From positions 1 through 47,317 of the forward strand of contig CANHZG010000001.1 of the NCBI GenBank assembly GCA_947464995.1: a DNA stretch of 47,317 nucleotides. Reading direction: 5' to 3'. Origin of the DNA: Comamonadaceae bacterium (lineage in GTDB: Bacteria; Pseudomonadota; Gammaproteobacteria; Burkholderiales; Burkholderiaceae_C). A model generated the notes under the pieces. The model did no database searches, was not told where the DNA came from, and saw only the letters and a program-made list of their open reading frames with translations. Shown one piece after another: positions 17,721 through 27,107 of this stretch. A program made the position numbers and the translations under genes. Position 1 is the stretch's first letter. Every line of letters starts with the position of its first letter.

Positions 17721-18660
17721 TGGGAGTGATTTCAAAAGAAAAGGAGTCGTCGGGTTCGTCAAAACCGGGGGTGTCGTCGTCTTCGTCCACTTCGTGGGCC
17801 CAGAACAAGCGGTCCGGCTGCACATGGCCCATGCCCGGGCGAAAGCCGCCCTCCAAGCAGCGGTCCAAGTAACTTAGCGCCTCGGTGACAGCTTCGCTGA
17901 GCTCGGTGCCCGCGGCAATCAGGGCTGCCAAGGCCGCAGACAGCGTGTCGCCTGCACCCACAAAAACCGCCTCCAAGCGCTCAAACTTCTCGCTGCACAG
18001 CACCGCCGTGGCCGTGCACAGGGAGTTGTCAATAAAGTGCTCTGGCAGCGCCATGCCAGTCACCAGCGTATAGGGCACGCCATGTTCTTGGGCGGCCCGG
18101 GCGATGTCGCGGGCGCTGGGGCTGCGGCTTGCGCTCCAGTCTGGCAGCAGCCAGCGGCACAAGGTGCCGTGGTTACCCACCAGTACGGTGGTCTGGGGCA
18201 GCAAGAGTTCGGCGCAGGCGTCCCAGTACTGGTCCATCAGGTCCTCTTGCCACCACGACAGGTCGGGCATATAGGTCACCACCGGCACGTCTGCATAGTC
18301 CGACACCAGAGCTGCAATGGCGCTGAGGTTTTCTGGGCTGCCCACAAAGCCGACCTTGAAAACGTCGGGCGGCACGTCCTCCAGGATGGTGCGCGCCTGG
18401 CTGGTCACAGCCTCGTCATCGAGTGCAAAGTGGTCCACGATTTCGCTGGTGTCGCGCGCGTAGGCGCCGGTCATGACCGGCATCGTGTGCACGCCCACCG
18501 CCGCCATGGCAACGCTGTCGGCTACCAGGCCGCCAGCTCCGCTGGGGTCGTTGGCGTTAAAGGTCATCACGCTGGCAATTGGGCCGTCGGGCAAATCGTC
18601 GCCGTCGTCCAACACGGTAATGCGTTCCGAGGCAGGAGCCAGATTTCTAGGTTTGTTCAT
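17704..18660 (-). CDS. ThiD-like (HMP/HMP-P kinase, ribokinase fold) protein, divergent
   Basis: [32 protein letters not shown]; adjacent to hemL. Confidence 0.8.
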   Translation of the reverse strand: MNKPRNLAPASERITVLDDGDDLPDGPIASVMTFNANDPSGAGGLVADSVAMAAVGVHTMPVMTGAYARDTSEIVDHFALDDEAVTSQARTILEDVPPDVFKVGFVGSPENLSAIAALVSDYADVPVVTYMPDLSWWQEDLMDQYWDACAELLLPQTTVLVGNHGTLCRWLLPDWSASRSPSARDIARAAQEHGVPYTLVTGMALPEHFIDNSLCTATAVLCSEKFERLEAVFVGAGDTLSAALAALIAAGTELSEAVTEALSYLDRCLEGGFRPGMGHVQPDRLFWAHEVDEDDDTPGFDEPDDSFSFEITPNETRH

Positions 18661-18785
18661 GGACGCTGAAATCAGATAGACGCAAAGCACGGTAGCAAGC
18701 CAGGTTCACCCCATGGCAGGCCCCACAAGTGCGCGCGGGGCGCTTATTACAATTCGGGCATTCTATTCTCAAGGTTTATGACGCT

Positions 18786-18959
18786 GTGACTGATACCAAA
18801 ACATGGATGTGCCTGATTTGCGGTTGGATTTATGACGAAGCATTGGGCGCACCCGATGACGGTATCCCCCCTGGCACCTTGTGGGCCGACGTGCCCATGA
18901 ACTGGGTCTGCCCCGAGTGCGGCGCGCGCAAGGAAGACTTTGAATTGGTGCAAATTTAA
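18786..18959 (+). CDS. Rubredoxin
   Basis: WMCLICGWIYDE..G.P..GI.PGT.W..VP.NW.CPECG; probable GTG start at 18786. Confidence 0.95.
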   Translation: MTDTKTWMCLICGWIYDEALGAPDDGIPPGTLWADVPMNWVCPECGARKEDFELVQI

Positions 18960-19009
18960 GACCGCTCGCAAAACCTTGCGCCTCTTGGCGCCGGGGCGCG
19001 AGCCGCAGG

Positions 19010-20500
19010 CTATTCGTCCTTCGCGCTAAAACTCTGCACTTTCTTTACCACCGCATAGCGCTCCAAGGTGCGCGCCCGGGCCCTCGCATGGTCTACCACC
19101 GGAGCCGGATAGTCGCGTCCCAGCACCACGCCTGCGGCTTGTAAGACCAGCGGCTTGGTCAACCAAGGCGCGTGGATGCTCTTGGCGTCCAAACTGGCCA
19201 GCGCGGGCAGATAGCGGCGGATAAATTTGCCCGATGCGTCAAACTTTTCGCTTTGGGTAATGGGGTTGAAGATGCGAAAGTAGGGTTGTGCGTCGCAGCC
19301 GCTGGACGCCACCCACTGCCAGCCGCCGTTGTTGGCTGAGAGGTCAAAGTCGTTGAGGTGGCGCGCAAAGTAGGCCTCGCCCCAACGCCAGTCCAGCCCC
19401 AGGTGTTTGACCAAAAAACTCCCTGCTACCATCCGCAGGCGGTTGTGCATATAGCCGCTCTGGTTGAGCTGCGCCATGGCCGCGTCCACCAGCGGGTAGC
19501 CGGTGCGGCCTTGGCACCAGGCGTCAAATAAGGCTTGCGCGTGCGCGCCATGCTCCCACGCAATGGCGTCGTATTCGGGCTTGAAGCCGCCAGTGGCAAC
19601 CTGTGGAAAGTTAGCCAAAATCTGAAAGTAAAAGTCGCGCCAACCCAACTCTGCCAGCCAGACGCTGGCACCTCTGTTGCCATCCTGGTGGCGCGGCAGC
19701 GCCAGCGCCACCAACTGGCGCACCGACAGCGTGCCAAAGCGCAGGTGCACGCCCAGGTAGCTCGGGCCTTTGACTGCGGGGAAGTTGCGCGTCTCATCGT
19801 AGGCGTCCATGCGCGGCAAAAAGTCTTCCAGCATGGCTTGCGCGCCCGAAGCGCCTGGTTGGATGCCCAAGGTGCGTAAATTGGTTGCCTCAAAGCCGAT
19901 GTCGGCCAGGCTAGGAACAGGCGCGTCAAGGCCGGTCGGGCGCGCTGCCAGGCGCTCGCCGTGGTTCTGGCTGTCGTGGCGTGTCGGGCCATGCGTACCT
20001 ATGGCGGCCAGCCAGGCGCGTAGATAGGGCGTGAAAACGCCATAGGGCTTGCCGGTTTGGGTGAGCACCTCACGCCGCTCAAAAATTACATGGTCTTTCA
20101 CGCCCACCCAGGCCACACCTTGGGTGGCCAGCGCGGCCTCTACCTGGGCGTCGCGCTCCAGTGCGGAGGGCTCGTAGTCGTGTGCGGCAAACACCGCATT
20201 GGCCCTCAGACTGGCGGCCAGGCGCGGGATTTCGTCCGCTGCCAAGGCGTGGCGAACGATCAGGCCGCCAGCGGGTTTGCCAGAGAGCGCCCGCAGTTCG
20301 GCATCCAGCTCAACCAGGCTGGCCTGGATAAATTCCACCCGCCGGTCTGCGCGGGGCAGGGCGTCCAAAATGCTGCGGTCGAACACAAAGACGCAGTGCA
20401 CCTGCGAGCAGCGTTGCAAGGCGAGCGCCAGCGCGGCGTTGTCGGAAGTGCGCAAGTCGCGCCGAAACCAGACCAGTCCGGTGGAATAAGAAGTTTGCAT
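19010..20500 (-). CDS. phrB: Deoxyribodipyrimidine photolyase (class I CPD photolyase/cryptochrome family)
   Basis: LVWFRRDLR..DN.AL, WRDFY, GRTGYPLVDAAM, MHNRLRM, DFDLSANNGGWQW, FRIFNP; start at ATG 20500. Confidence 0.93.
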   Translation of the reverse strand: MQTSYSTGLVWFRRDLRTSDNAALALALQRCSQVHCVFVFDRSILDALPRADRRVEFIQASLVELDAELRALSGKPAGGLIVRHALAADEIPRLAASLRANAVFAAHDYEPSALERDAQVEAALATQGVAWVGVKDHVIFERREVLTQTGKPYGVFTPYLRAWLAAIGTHGPTRHDSQNHGERLAARPTGLDAPVPSLADIGFEATNLRTLGIQPGASGAQAMLEDFLPRMDAYDETRNFPAVKGPSYLGVHLRFGTLSVRQLVALALPRHQDGNRGASVWLAELGWRDFYFQILANFPQVATGGFKPEYDAIAWEHGAHAQALFDAWCQGRTGYPLVDAAMAQLNQSGYMHNRLRMVAGSFLVKHLGLDWRWGEAYFARHLNDFDLSANNGGWQWVASSGCDAQPYFRIFNPITQSEKFDASGKFIRRYLPALASLDAKSIHAPWLTKPLVLQAAGVVLGRDYPAPVVDHARARARTLERYAVVKKVQSFSAKDE

Positions 20501-20521
20501 GCCTGCCGTTAAAATCAAAAA

Positions 20522-21121
20522 ATGACCGGCGATTCTGCACCCACCAACCTCACGCACCATTTTTTGATTGCGATGCCGGGGCTGGAAGACGGGCTGTTCT
20601 CCAAGAGCGTGGTCTATCTGTGCGAGCACAGCCCGCGCGGCGCGCTGGGTCTGATCATCAACAAGCCGGCCGACATCGATATGACCGCTCTGTTTGGCAA
20701 AGTGGACTTGCCCTTGCAGCGCCAGGATTTGGCCAAGCAGGCGGTGTTTCAGGGCGGGCCGCTGCACGAGGAACGTGGTTTTGTGCTGCACGAGCCTGTA
20801 TTTGCCAACGCCGACCGGCCCGAGGAGTCGTTGTACGCATCCACCATGGTGATACCCGGGGGCTTGGAGATGACCACCTCGCGCGACGTGCTCGAAGCCA
20901 TCGCCTCGGGCGCCGGGCCGCGCAAGGTGCTGGTGTCGCTGGGTTATTCGTCCTGGGGCGAGGGCCAGTTGGAGAGCGAAATCAAAGAAAACAGCTGGCT
21001 CACCGTCGACGCGCAAAACAGCATTATTTTTGACGCTCCGGTAGCCGAGCGCTACGACCAGGCGCTGGCGCTGCTGGGTGTGCAAGCCTGGATGATTTCC
21101 CCGCACGCGGGCAGCGCATGA
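20522..21121 (+). CDS. yqgE: YqgE/AlgH family protein
   Basis: HFLIAMP, SVVYLCEH...GALGLIINKP, GGP...RGFVLH, LGYSSW.EGQLE.E..NSWL. Confidence 0.93.
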   Translation: MTGDSAPTNLTHHFLIAMPGLEDGLFSKSVVYLCEHSPRGALGLIINKPADIDMTALFGKVDLPLQRQDLAKQAVFQGGPLHEERGFVLHEPVFANADRPEESLYASTMVIPGGLEMTTSRDVLEAIASGAGPRKVLVSLGYSSWGEGQLESEIKENSWLTVDAQNSIIFDAPVAERYDQALALLGVQAWMISPHAGSA

Positions 21122-21597
21122 GTGCGGCCCCGGCATCGCCTGTCGCAAGTGGCGCGCCTTTTGGGGATGGCGCACCGTTAGCTTCGGAGGCCTTGCCCGC
21201 CGTGGCAGCGCAACTTTCGACCTTTATGTCTTTTGATTTTGGCACCCAACGCACCGGTGTGGCGGTGGGCAACCGGCTGCTGGGTACCGCACAGCCGCAG
21301 GACACGATTGCCGCCAGCGGTGACGCGCGCTTTGCCCAGATTGCCCTTCGCCTTAAAGAGTGGCAGCCCGACGCCATCGTCATCGGCGTGCCCTATCACC
21401 CCGACGGTGCCGCCCACGAAAACACCGCCCGCGCGCAAAAATTTGGCCGCCAACTGCGGGGCCGCTTTGGCCTGCCGGTGTTTGAGGTGGACGAGCGCTA
21501 CAGCACCACCGAAGCCCTGGCCTCGGGCGCCAAAGACGCCGATGCAGCGTCTGCCTGCATCATCCTGGAACAATTTTTGAGAAACCTGCCGACATGA
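21118..21597 (+). CDS. ruvX: YqgF/RuvX family pre-16S rRNA nuclease
   Basis: FDFGTQRTGVAVG, IVIGVP, VDERYST, DAASACIILE. Confidence 0.92.
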   Translation: MSAAPASPVASGAPFGDGAPLASEALPAVAAQLSTFMSFDFGTQRTGVAVGNRLLGTAQPQDTIAASGDARFAQIALRLKEWQPDAIVIGVPYHPDGAAHENTARAQKFGRQLRGRFGLPVFEVDERYSTTEALASGAKDADAASACIILEQFLRNLPT

Positions 21598-22088
21598 ATT
21601 TAGCCATTGACGCGGAAAGCCTGTACCTTGAGCTGCTGCGCGGCGTGCGTGGCCTGTGTGGCCCGGACACGCGGCTGGTGGGCATCACTTCGGGCGGCGC
21701 CTGGTTGGCCGAGCGTTTGCAAAATGATCTGGGGCTCGCGGGCAGCCATGGCACCATTTCTTCGGCCATGCACCGGGACGACTTTGCCCAGCGTGGGCTG
21801 GCATCGGGCGGGCAGACCAAGCTGCCGTTTGCGGTTCAAGGGGCGCATATTTTGGTGCTCGACGACGTACTGTTCACTGGGCGCACCATCCGCGCCGTGA
21901 CCAACGAGTTGTTCGACTACGGCCGCCCGGCCAGCGTGAAGTTGGCGGTGCTGGTGGACCGGGGTGGCCGCGAGCTGCCCATCCAGGCCGACTTTGCCGC
22001 CGCGCGCGTCACTCTGGGGGCGGCGCAGTCGCTGGCGCTGGCGCAGGGCGCCGACGGGCGCTTTAGCTTTGACGTGAAAGGTGCCTGA
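21594..22088 (+). CDS. pyrR: PyrR pyrimidine regulator / uracil phosphoribosyltransferase
   Basis: [32 protein letters not shown]. Confidence 0.93.
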   Translation: MNLAIDAESLYLELLRGVRGLCGPDTRLVGITSGGAWLAERLQNDLGLAGSHGTISSAMHRDDFAQRGLASGGQTKLPFAVQGAHILVLDDVLFTGRTIRAVTNELFDYGRPASVKLAVLVDRGGRELPIQADFAAARVTLGAAQSLALAQGADGRFSFDVKGA

Positions 22089-22090
22089 AC

Positions 22091-23053
22091 ATGTTGGGTC
22101 GACGCAACCCGCAGCTCAACAAAAACGGTGAGCTGATTCACCTCTTGTCCACCGAGGGGCTGTCCAAGGACATCCTCACGCACATTCTGGACACGGCAGC
22201 ACAGTTTGTCTCGGTGAGCGACCGTGAGGTCAAAAAAGTGCCACTCCTGCGCGGCAAAAGCGTGTTCAACTTGTTTTTTGAGAACAGCACGCGCACCCGC
22301 ACCACCTTCGACATTGCCGCCACGCGCCTCTCAGCCGACGTGATTAACCTGGACATTGCGCGCTCCAGCGCGTCCAAGGGCGAGTCGCTGCTTGACACCA
22401 TTGCCAACCTGAGCGCCATGGCGGCTGATATTTTTGTGGTGCGCCACAGCGAATCCGGCGCGCCCTACCTGATCGCCCAGCACGTCGCGCCGCATGTGCA
22501 CGTGGTCAACGCAGGTGACGGCCGCCACGCGCACCCGACCCAGGGTTTGCTCGACATGTACACCATTCGCCACTACAAGAAAGACTTTGCCAACCTGACC
22601 GTGGCCATCGTTGGCGACGTGCTGCATTCGCGCGTGGCGCGCTCAGACATTCATGCTTTGACCACCCTGGGCTGCGCCGAAGTGCGGGTGGTTGGGCCGC
22701 GCACGCTGGTGCCCTCAGACATGGCGGCCATGGGCGTGCGGGTGTGCAATACGCTGGAAGAAGGCATCAAAGGCTGCGACGTGGTCATCATGCTGCGCCT
22801 GCAAAACGAACGCATGAACGGCGCCTTGCTGCCGTCCAGCCAGGAATACTTCAAAAGCTTTGGCCTCACGCCCGAAAAACTCACCCTGGCCAAGAGCGAC
22901 GCTATCGTCATGCATCCGGGTCCGATCAACCGGGGGGTGGAGATTGATTCGGCCGTGGTGGACGGGCGCCAAAGCGTGATCTTGCCGCAGGTGACTTTTG
23001 GCATCGCGGTGCGCATGGCGGTGATGGGCATCGTGGCGGGTAATGAAGCCTAA
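22091..23053 (+). CDS. pyrB: Aspartate carbamoyltransferase catalytic subunit
   Basis: [48 protein letters not shown]. Confidence 0.97.
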   Translation: MLGRRNPQLNKNGELIHLLSTEGLSKDILTHILDTAAQFVSVSDREVKKVPLLRGKSVFNLFFENSTRTRTTFDIAATRLSADVINLDIARSSASKGESLLDTIANLSAMAADIFVVRHSESGAPYLIAQHVAPHVHVVNAGDGRHAHPTQGLLDMYTIRHYKKDFANLTVAIVGDVLHSRVARSDIHALTTLGCAEVRVVGPRTLVPSDMAAMGVRVCNTLEEGIKGCDVVIMLRLQNERMNGALLPSSQEYFKSFGLTPEKLTLAKSDAIVMHPGPINRGVEIDSAVVDGRQSVILPQVTFGIAVRMAVMGIVAGNEA

Positions 23054-23065
23054 AGGACCCGCAGC

Positions 23066-24364
23066 ATGAAAATCCTGATTCAAAACGGCCGCGTGATCGA
23101 CCCCGCCAGTGGCTTTGACGCGCTGGCCGACGTGGCCATTGCGGCCGGGCGGGTGGTATCCATAGGCGCAGCGCCCGCTGACTTTGCCGCCGCGCAGACG
23201 ATTGACGCCACCGCTTGCCTGGTCCTGCCCGGCCTGGTGGACTTGGCTGCGCGCCTGCGCGAGCCCGGCCACGAACACGAGGGCATGCTGGCGTCCGAGC
23301 TGGCCGCAGCCGTGGCCGGTGGCGTGACCAGCCTGGTGTGCCCGCCCGACACCGACCCGGTGCTCGACGAACCGGGCTTGGTGGAAATGCTGCGCTTTCG
23401 GGCGGAAAAACTGCACCAGGCGCGCGTGCTGCCGCTGGGCGCCCTGACGCGTGGCCTGCAAGGCGAGGTGCTGACCGAGATGCTGCAACTCACCGAGGCC
23501 GGTTGTATCGGCTTTGGCCAGGCGGAGGTGGCGCTGGCCAACACCCAGGTGATGCAGCGCGCCTTGCAATATGCGCGTTCTTTTGGCTACACCGTCTGGC
23601 TGCGCCCGCAAGAGCTGTACTTGGGCAAGGGCGTGGCCGCGAGCGGGCCACTGGCTACCCGCATGGGCCTGTCGGGCGTGCCGGTGGCGGCAGAGACGAT
23701 CGCCCTGCACACGATTTTTGAGCTGGTGCGCTCCACCGGTGCGCGCGTGCACCTGTGCCGCATCAGCAGCGCCGCCGGGGTGGAACTGGTGCGCCAGGCC
23801 AAGGCCCAGAGCCTGCCTGTGAGCGCGGATGTCAGCATCAACTCCTTGCATCTAACCGACCTGGACGTGGGCTACTTTGACAGCCGCACCCGCCTGACCC
23901 CGCCGCTGCGTCAGCAAAGCGACCGCGCCGCGCTGCGCGCGGCACTCGCCGACGGCACGATAGACGCCTTGGTGTCTGACCACACGCCGGTGGGCTCGGA
24001 CGAAAAAGACCTGCCTTTTGCTGAAAGCGAACCCGGTGCCACCGGGCTGGAGCTGCTGCTGGGCCTGACCTGCAAGTGGGCGCAAGACGACTCCGTGCCG
24101 CTGGCGCAAGCCCTGGCCTGCGTCACCAGCCGCGCGGCCCAGGTCCTAGGGGCATCGGCTGGTCCGCTAGCTGCAGGCTTGGGCCGGTTGCAGGTGGGCG
24201 GCTTGGCCGATATTTGTGTGCTCGACCCGCAAGACGCCTGGCGGGTGCAGGCCAGCACCTTGCGCAGCCAGAGCAAACACACGCCTTTTGACGGCTACGA
24301 GCTGCCCGCGCGCGTGCGCGCCACCCTTGTGGGCGGTCGCGTCGCGTTTCAACGCAGCGCCTGA
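23066..24364 (+). CDS. pyrC: Dihydroorotase-like protein (probably non-catalytic PyrC')
   Basis: PGLVDLAARLREPG where HxH is expected, AAVAGGVT, SDHTP; follows pyrB. Confidence 0.85.
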   Translation: MKILIQNGRVIDPASGFDALADVAIAAGRVVSIGAAPADFAAAQTIDATACLVLPGLVDLAARLREPGHEHEGMLASELAAAVAGGVTSLVCPPDTDPVLDEPGLVEMLRFRAEKLHQARVLPLGALTRGLQGEVLTEMLQLTEAGCIGFGQAEVALANTQVMQRALQYARSFGYTVWLRPQELYLGKGVAASGPLATRMGLSGVPVAAETIALHTIFELVRSTGARVHLCRISSAAGVELVRQAKAQSLPVSADVSINSLHLTDLDVGYFDSRTRLTPPLRQQSDRAALRAALADGTIDALVSDHTPVGSDEKDLPFAESEPGATGLELLLGLTCKWAQDDSVPLAQALACVTSRAAQVLGASAGPLAAGLGRLQVGGLADICVLDPQDAWRVQASTLRSQSKHTPFDGYELPARVRATLVGGRVAFQRSA

Positions 24365-24366
24365 CC

Positions 24367-25092
24367 ATGCGCGCCTTGCAGCGCTTGCTGCGTTTGCTGC
24401 TGCATGTGGCGATCGGGCTTTGGACTATCAAATGGCGTTTTCCGCGCCTGTCCCAGCCTGAGCGTGACGCGGCGGTGCAGGCCTGGGCGCACCGCATGCT
24501 GGCTTGCGCGGGGGTGGAGTTGCGCGTGTTGGGCGAGGTGCCCCAAACCGGGCCGGTGCTGCTGGCGGCCAATCACATTTCGTGGCTGGACATATTGGTA
24601 ATGCATGCGGCGCGGCATTGCCGCTTTATTTCTAAGTCTGACATTGAGCACTGGCCGCTGATAGGCACGCTGGCCACCGCCGGGGGAACGCTCTATATCA
24701 CCCGCGAGTCGCGCCGCGATGCCTTGCGGGTGGTGCACCACATGGCCCAATGCCTGAGCGCGCAGGACGTGCTGGCCGTTTTTCCTGAAGGCACCACGGG
24801 TGATGGCAGCAGCGTGTTGCCCTTTCACGCCAATCTGTTCCAGGCTGCAATCTCGGCTGATGCGCCAGTGGTCCCCGTGGGACTGAGCTTTACCGATGCC
24901 CGCAGCGGGGAGATCAGTTTTGCGCCGTGCTATGTGGGGGATGACATCTTGCTGGGCTCAATCTGGCGCACCCTTTGTGCGCAAAATCTGGTGGCAGTAG
25001 TGCATTTCGGCCCGGCACAAAGGGCCCAAGGGCGCGACCGGCGCCGCTGGGCCAAGGACCTGCGCGACGCGGTTATCGGTCTACGCGGCTGA
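24367..25092 (+). CDS. Lysophospholipid (1-acyl-sn-glycerol-3-phosphate) acyltransferase, PlsC family
   Basis: NHISWLD and FPEGTT motifs. Confidence 0.9.
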   Translation: MRALQRLLRLLLHVAIGLWTIKWRFPRLSQPERDAAVQAWAHRMLACAGVELRVLGEVPQTGPVLLAANHISWLDILVMHAARHCRFISKSDIEHWPLIGTLATAGGTLYITRESRRDALRVVHHMAQCLSAQDVLAVFPEGTTGDGSSVLPFHANLFQAAISADAPVVPVGLSFTDARSGEISFAPCYVGDDILLGSIWRTLCAQNLVAVVHFGPAQRAQGRDRRRWAKDLRDAVIGLRG

Positions 25093-25263
25093 GCCAACAC
25101 ACCAGCCGCTGTGCGTTCCCTGGGCTAACGGCCCGGGGTGTTCCCACCGCCACACCCGACCCAGGCCCGCCCACAGCCCTGTGCTGCCGGAGCATCCGCG
25201 GGTCCGTCACCAAACGCCCTGCTGGGCGTTCGAAAACTCACAATCGCCTGCCGTAAATTTCTG

Positions 25264-25285
25264 TAATTTGATAAAGATCAAATTA
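25264..25285. promoter_or_regulatory. FNR/Crp-family binding site (perfect FNR box)
   Basis: TAATTTGAT-AAAG-ATCAAATTA: 9-bp perfect arms containing TTGAT-N4-ATCAA. Confidence 0.85.
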
Positions 25286-25303
25286 ATTTTTAGAAAAACC
25301 AAA

Positions 25304-25309
25304 TAAAAT
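25304..25309 (+). promoter_or_regulatory. Sigma70 -10 element of a class II FNR-type promoter
   Basis: TAAAAT at 25304-25309 puts +1 near A25316 and the FNR box centre at -41.5. Confidence 0.65.
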
Positions 25310-25343
25310 ACAATTAACAAAAAATTTCGGTGGAAGGTAAAAA

Positions 25344-25847
25344 ATGAGTAATTTCCATAAATTTGGTATTGCCGCAGGTTTCGTTGGCTGGACCCTTTTG
25401 CGCCGTGGAACACGCTCGGCGGCATGTGTTCTTTGGGCGCTTGCGGGTCTGGCAACTGTGGCGCCCGCCGCATGGGCGCAAGGTCTAAGCTCGGTCGCCC
25501 TCAAAAGCACGCAGGCTTTGGATACCACCCCTGGCACGGCTGCAACGGTGAGCGTGCCGGGCGAACAAGCGCCAGCAACCCGCAGCCAGTCGGTGACCAT
25601 CAGCCAATTCCGCTTCACGGGGAACACCTTGTTCAGTAGCAAGGCTCTGGCCGCCGTGCTGGCCGGTGATGTGAACCGACCCATGGACTATGCAGAGTTG
25701 CAGGCTTTGTCGGAGAAGCTGGTGGACTACTACCGCGCCCGTGGCAGATTGGCTATCGTAGTTTTGCCGTCCCAAGATATCTCGGCCAACAAAGTCACCT
25801 TTGTCGTGGTTGAGGCCATTCCTGGCAAGCTTCCGATTGAGGCATAA
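25344..25847 (+). CDS. Secreted single-POTRA-domain protein (ShlB/FhaC-type POTRA, no beta-barrel)
   Basis: Signal-peptide-like N-terminus ending AWA|Q, then ISQFRFTGNTLFS...L..L......YY...G.....V.LP.QDI....V...VVE. Stops right after the domain; GGAAGG RBS. Confidence 0.75.
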   Translation: MSNFHKFGIAAGFVGWTLLRRGTRSAACVLWALAGLATVAPAAWAQGLSSVALKSTQALDTTPGTAATVSVPGEQAPATRSQSVTISQFRFTGNTLFSSKALAAVLAGDVNRPMDYAELQALSEKLVDYYRARGRLAIVVLPSQDISANKVTFVVVEAIPGKLPIEA

Positions 25848-25883
25848 GCCAACGGGCTTGGACTATTGGCATGTGCCGGGCGT

Positions 25884-27107
25884 TCAGCCCCGCGTACTTT
25901 GGAGCATGCCCCGGTAAATTTCCTCGTCGCCCACCACGCCCACAAAGCACCCGTCCTGGCACAAAAGCACCGGCCTGCCGGTGGCGTGGCGGATGTGGAT
26001 GATGTGTTCGAGCAGCAGACCGGGTGCCACCATGGCCACGCTACGTCCGTCCAGCCCGGCTTGCACGATGTCGAGTTGCGGGTGGTAGGCCAGCAGCCGC
26101 CCCGGTCGGCCTTCGATGTCAATGTGTATGGGGCGGTTCGCTGCATCCAGCCGCAACCAGTGGTGGCCCGTCCAGTCCAACTGCAGGCGGTCGCCCTCGC
26201 GTGACAGCGTGCTCAGCGGAGCCATCAGGGAGCGCGCACGCAGTACTTTAATGGGGTTCATGTGCGCCACAAAGTCGCGCACATAGGCATTGGCGGGATG
26301 CAACACGACTTGTTCGGGTTCGCCCGACTGCACGATACGCCCACCTTCCATGATGGTGATGTGGTTGCCTAGCTTGATCGCTTCATCCAAGTCGTGGCTG
26401 ACGAAAACAATGGTTTTTTTGAGCTGTTTTTGCAGTTGCAACAGTTCTTGTTGCAGGTGTTCGCGGATTAACGGGTCCAGCGCCGAAAAGGGCTCGTCCA
26501 TCAGCAAAATATCAGCGTCGGTGGCAAAGGCGCGCGCCAGCCCGACGCGCTGCTGCATGCCCCCGGAGAGTTCGTGGGCGTATTTTTTGCCCCATTGCGC
26601 CAGGCCCACCAGTTCGAGCTTCTCGGCCACGATGGCCTCGCGTCGCGCCCGGGCCATACCGCTCAACTCCAGACCCAAGCCTACGTTTTCGGACACCGTG
26701 CGCCACGGCAGTAGCGCGAACTGCTGGAAAACCATGGCCACGCGCGTCGTGCGCAAGCGGCGCAGGGTGGTTGCGTCACAGCGGGTCAGGTCCACGTAGT
26801 CACCATGGCCGCCTTGGGTGTCGCGAACCAGCACCGCGCCCCGGTTGGCCTTGTTCAGTCCGTTTAGGCAGCGCAGCAGCGTGGATTTGCCTGAACCGGA
26901 CAGGCCCATGAGGACCGAAATCTCCCCTTCTGCAATTTTCAGGCTGCAGTCGGCAGCGCCCAACACAGCGCCCGTGGTGTCCAGGATTTCTTGGCGCGTT
27001 TTGCCTTTGTCAAGCAAGGTCAGGGCTTGCGCGCTGTGCTTGCCAAATACCACGTCGACGTGGCGAAACTCGGCCATCGGCAGCGCCTGGCCCGCTGCAC
27101 TATCCAT
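25884..27107 (-). CDS. choV: Choline/glycine betaine ABC transporter ATP-binding subunit
   Basis: MGLSGSGKST, MVFQQFALLPWRTV, LSGGMQQRVGLARAF, LMDEPFSALDPLIR, YVRDFVAHMNP. Confidence 0.9.
   Translation of the reverse strand: MDSAAGQALPMAEFRHVDVVFGKHSAQALTLLDKGKTRQEILDTTGAVLGAADCSLKIAEGEISVLMGLSGSGKSTLLRCLNGLNKANRGAVLVRDTQGGHGDYVDLTRCDATTLRRLRTTRVAMVFQQFALLPWRTVSENVGLGLELSGMARARREAIVAEKLELVGLAQWGKKYAHELSGGMQQRVGLARAFATDADILLMDEPFSALDPLIREHLQQELLQLQKQLKKTIVFVSHDLDEAIKLGNHITIMEGGRIVQSGEPEQVVLHPANAYVRDFVAHMNPIKVLRARSLMAPLSTLSREGDRLQLDWTGHHWLRLDAANRPIHIDIEGRPGRLLAYHPQLDIVQAGLDGRSVAMVAPGLLLEHIIHIRHATGRPVLLCQDGCFVGVVGDEEIYRGMLQSTRG

Noticed and set aside
18978-18999. GC hairpin between the convergent rubredoxin and phrB genes
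   Set aside because: Weak stem with no U-tract on either strand; not supportable as an intrinsic terminator.
22715-23851. Long antisense or alternative-frame ORFs (e.g. 22715-23851, 34503-35588, 42797-43948, 11381-12280)
   Set aside because: Shadow ORFs expected opposite GC-rich genes; no family motifs.
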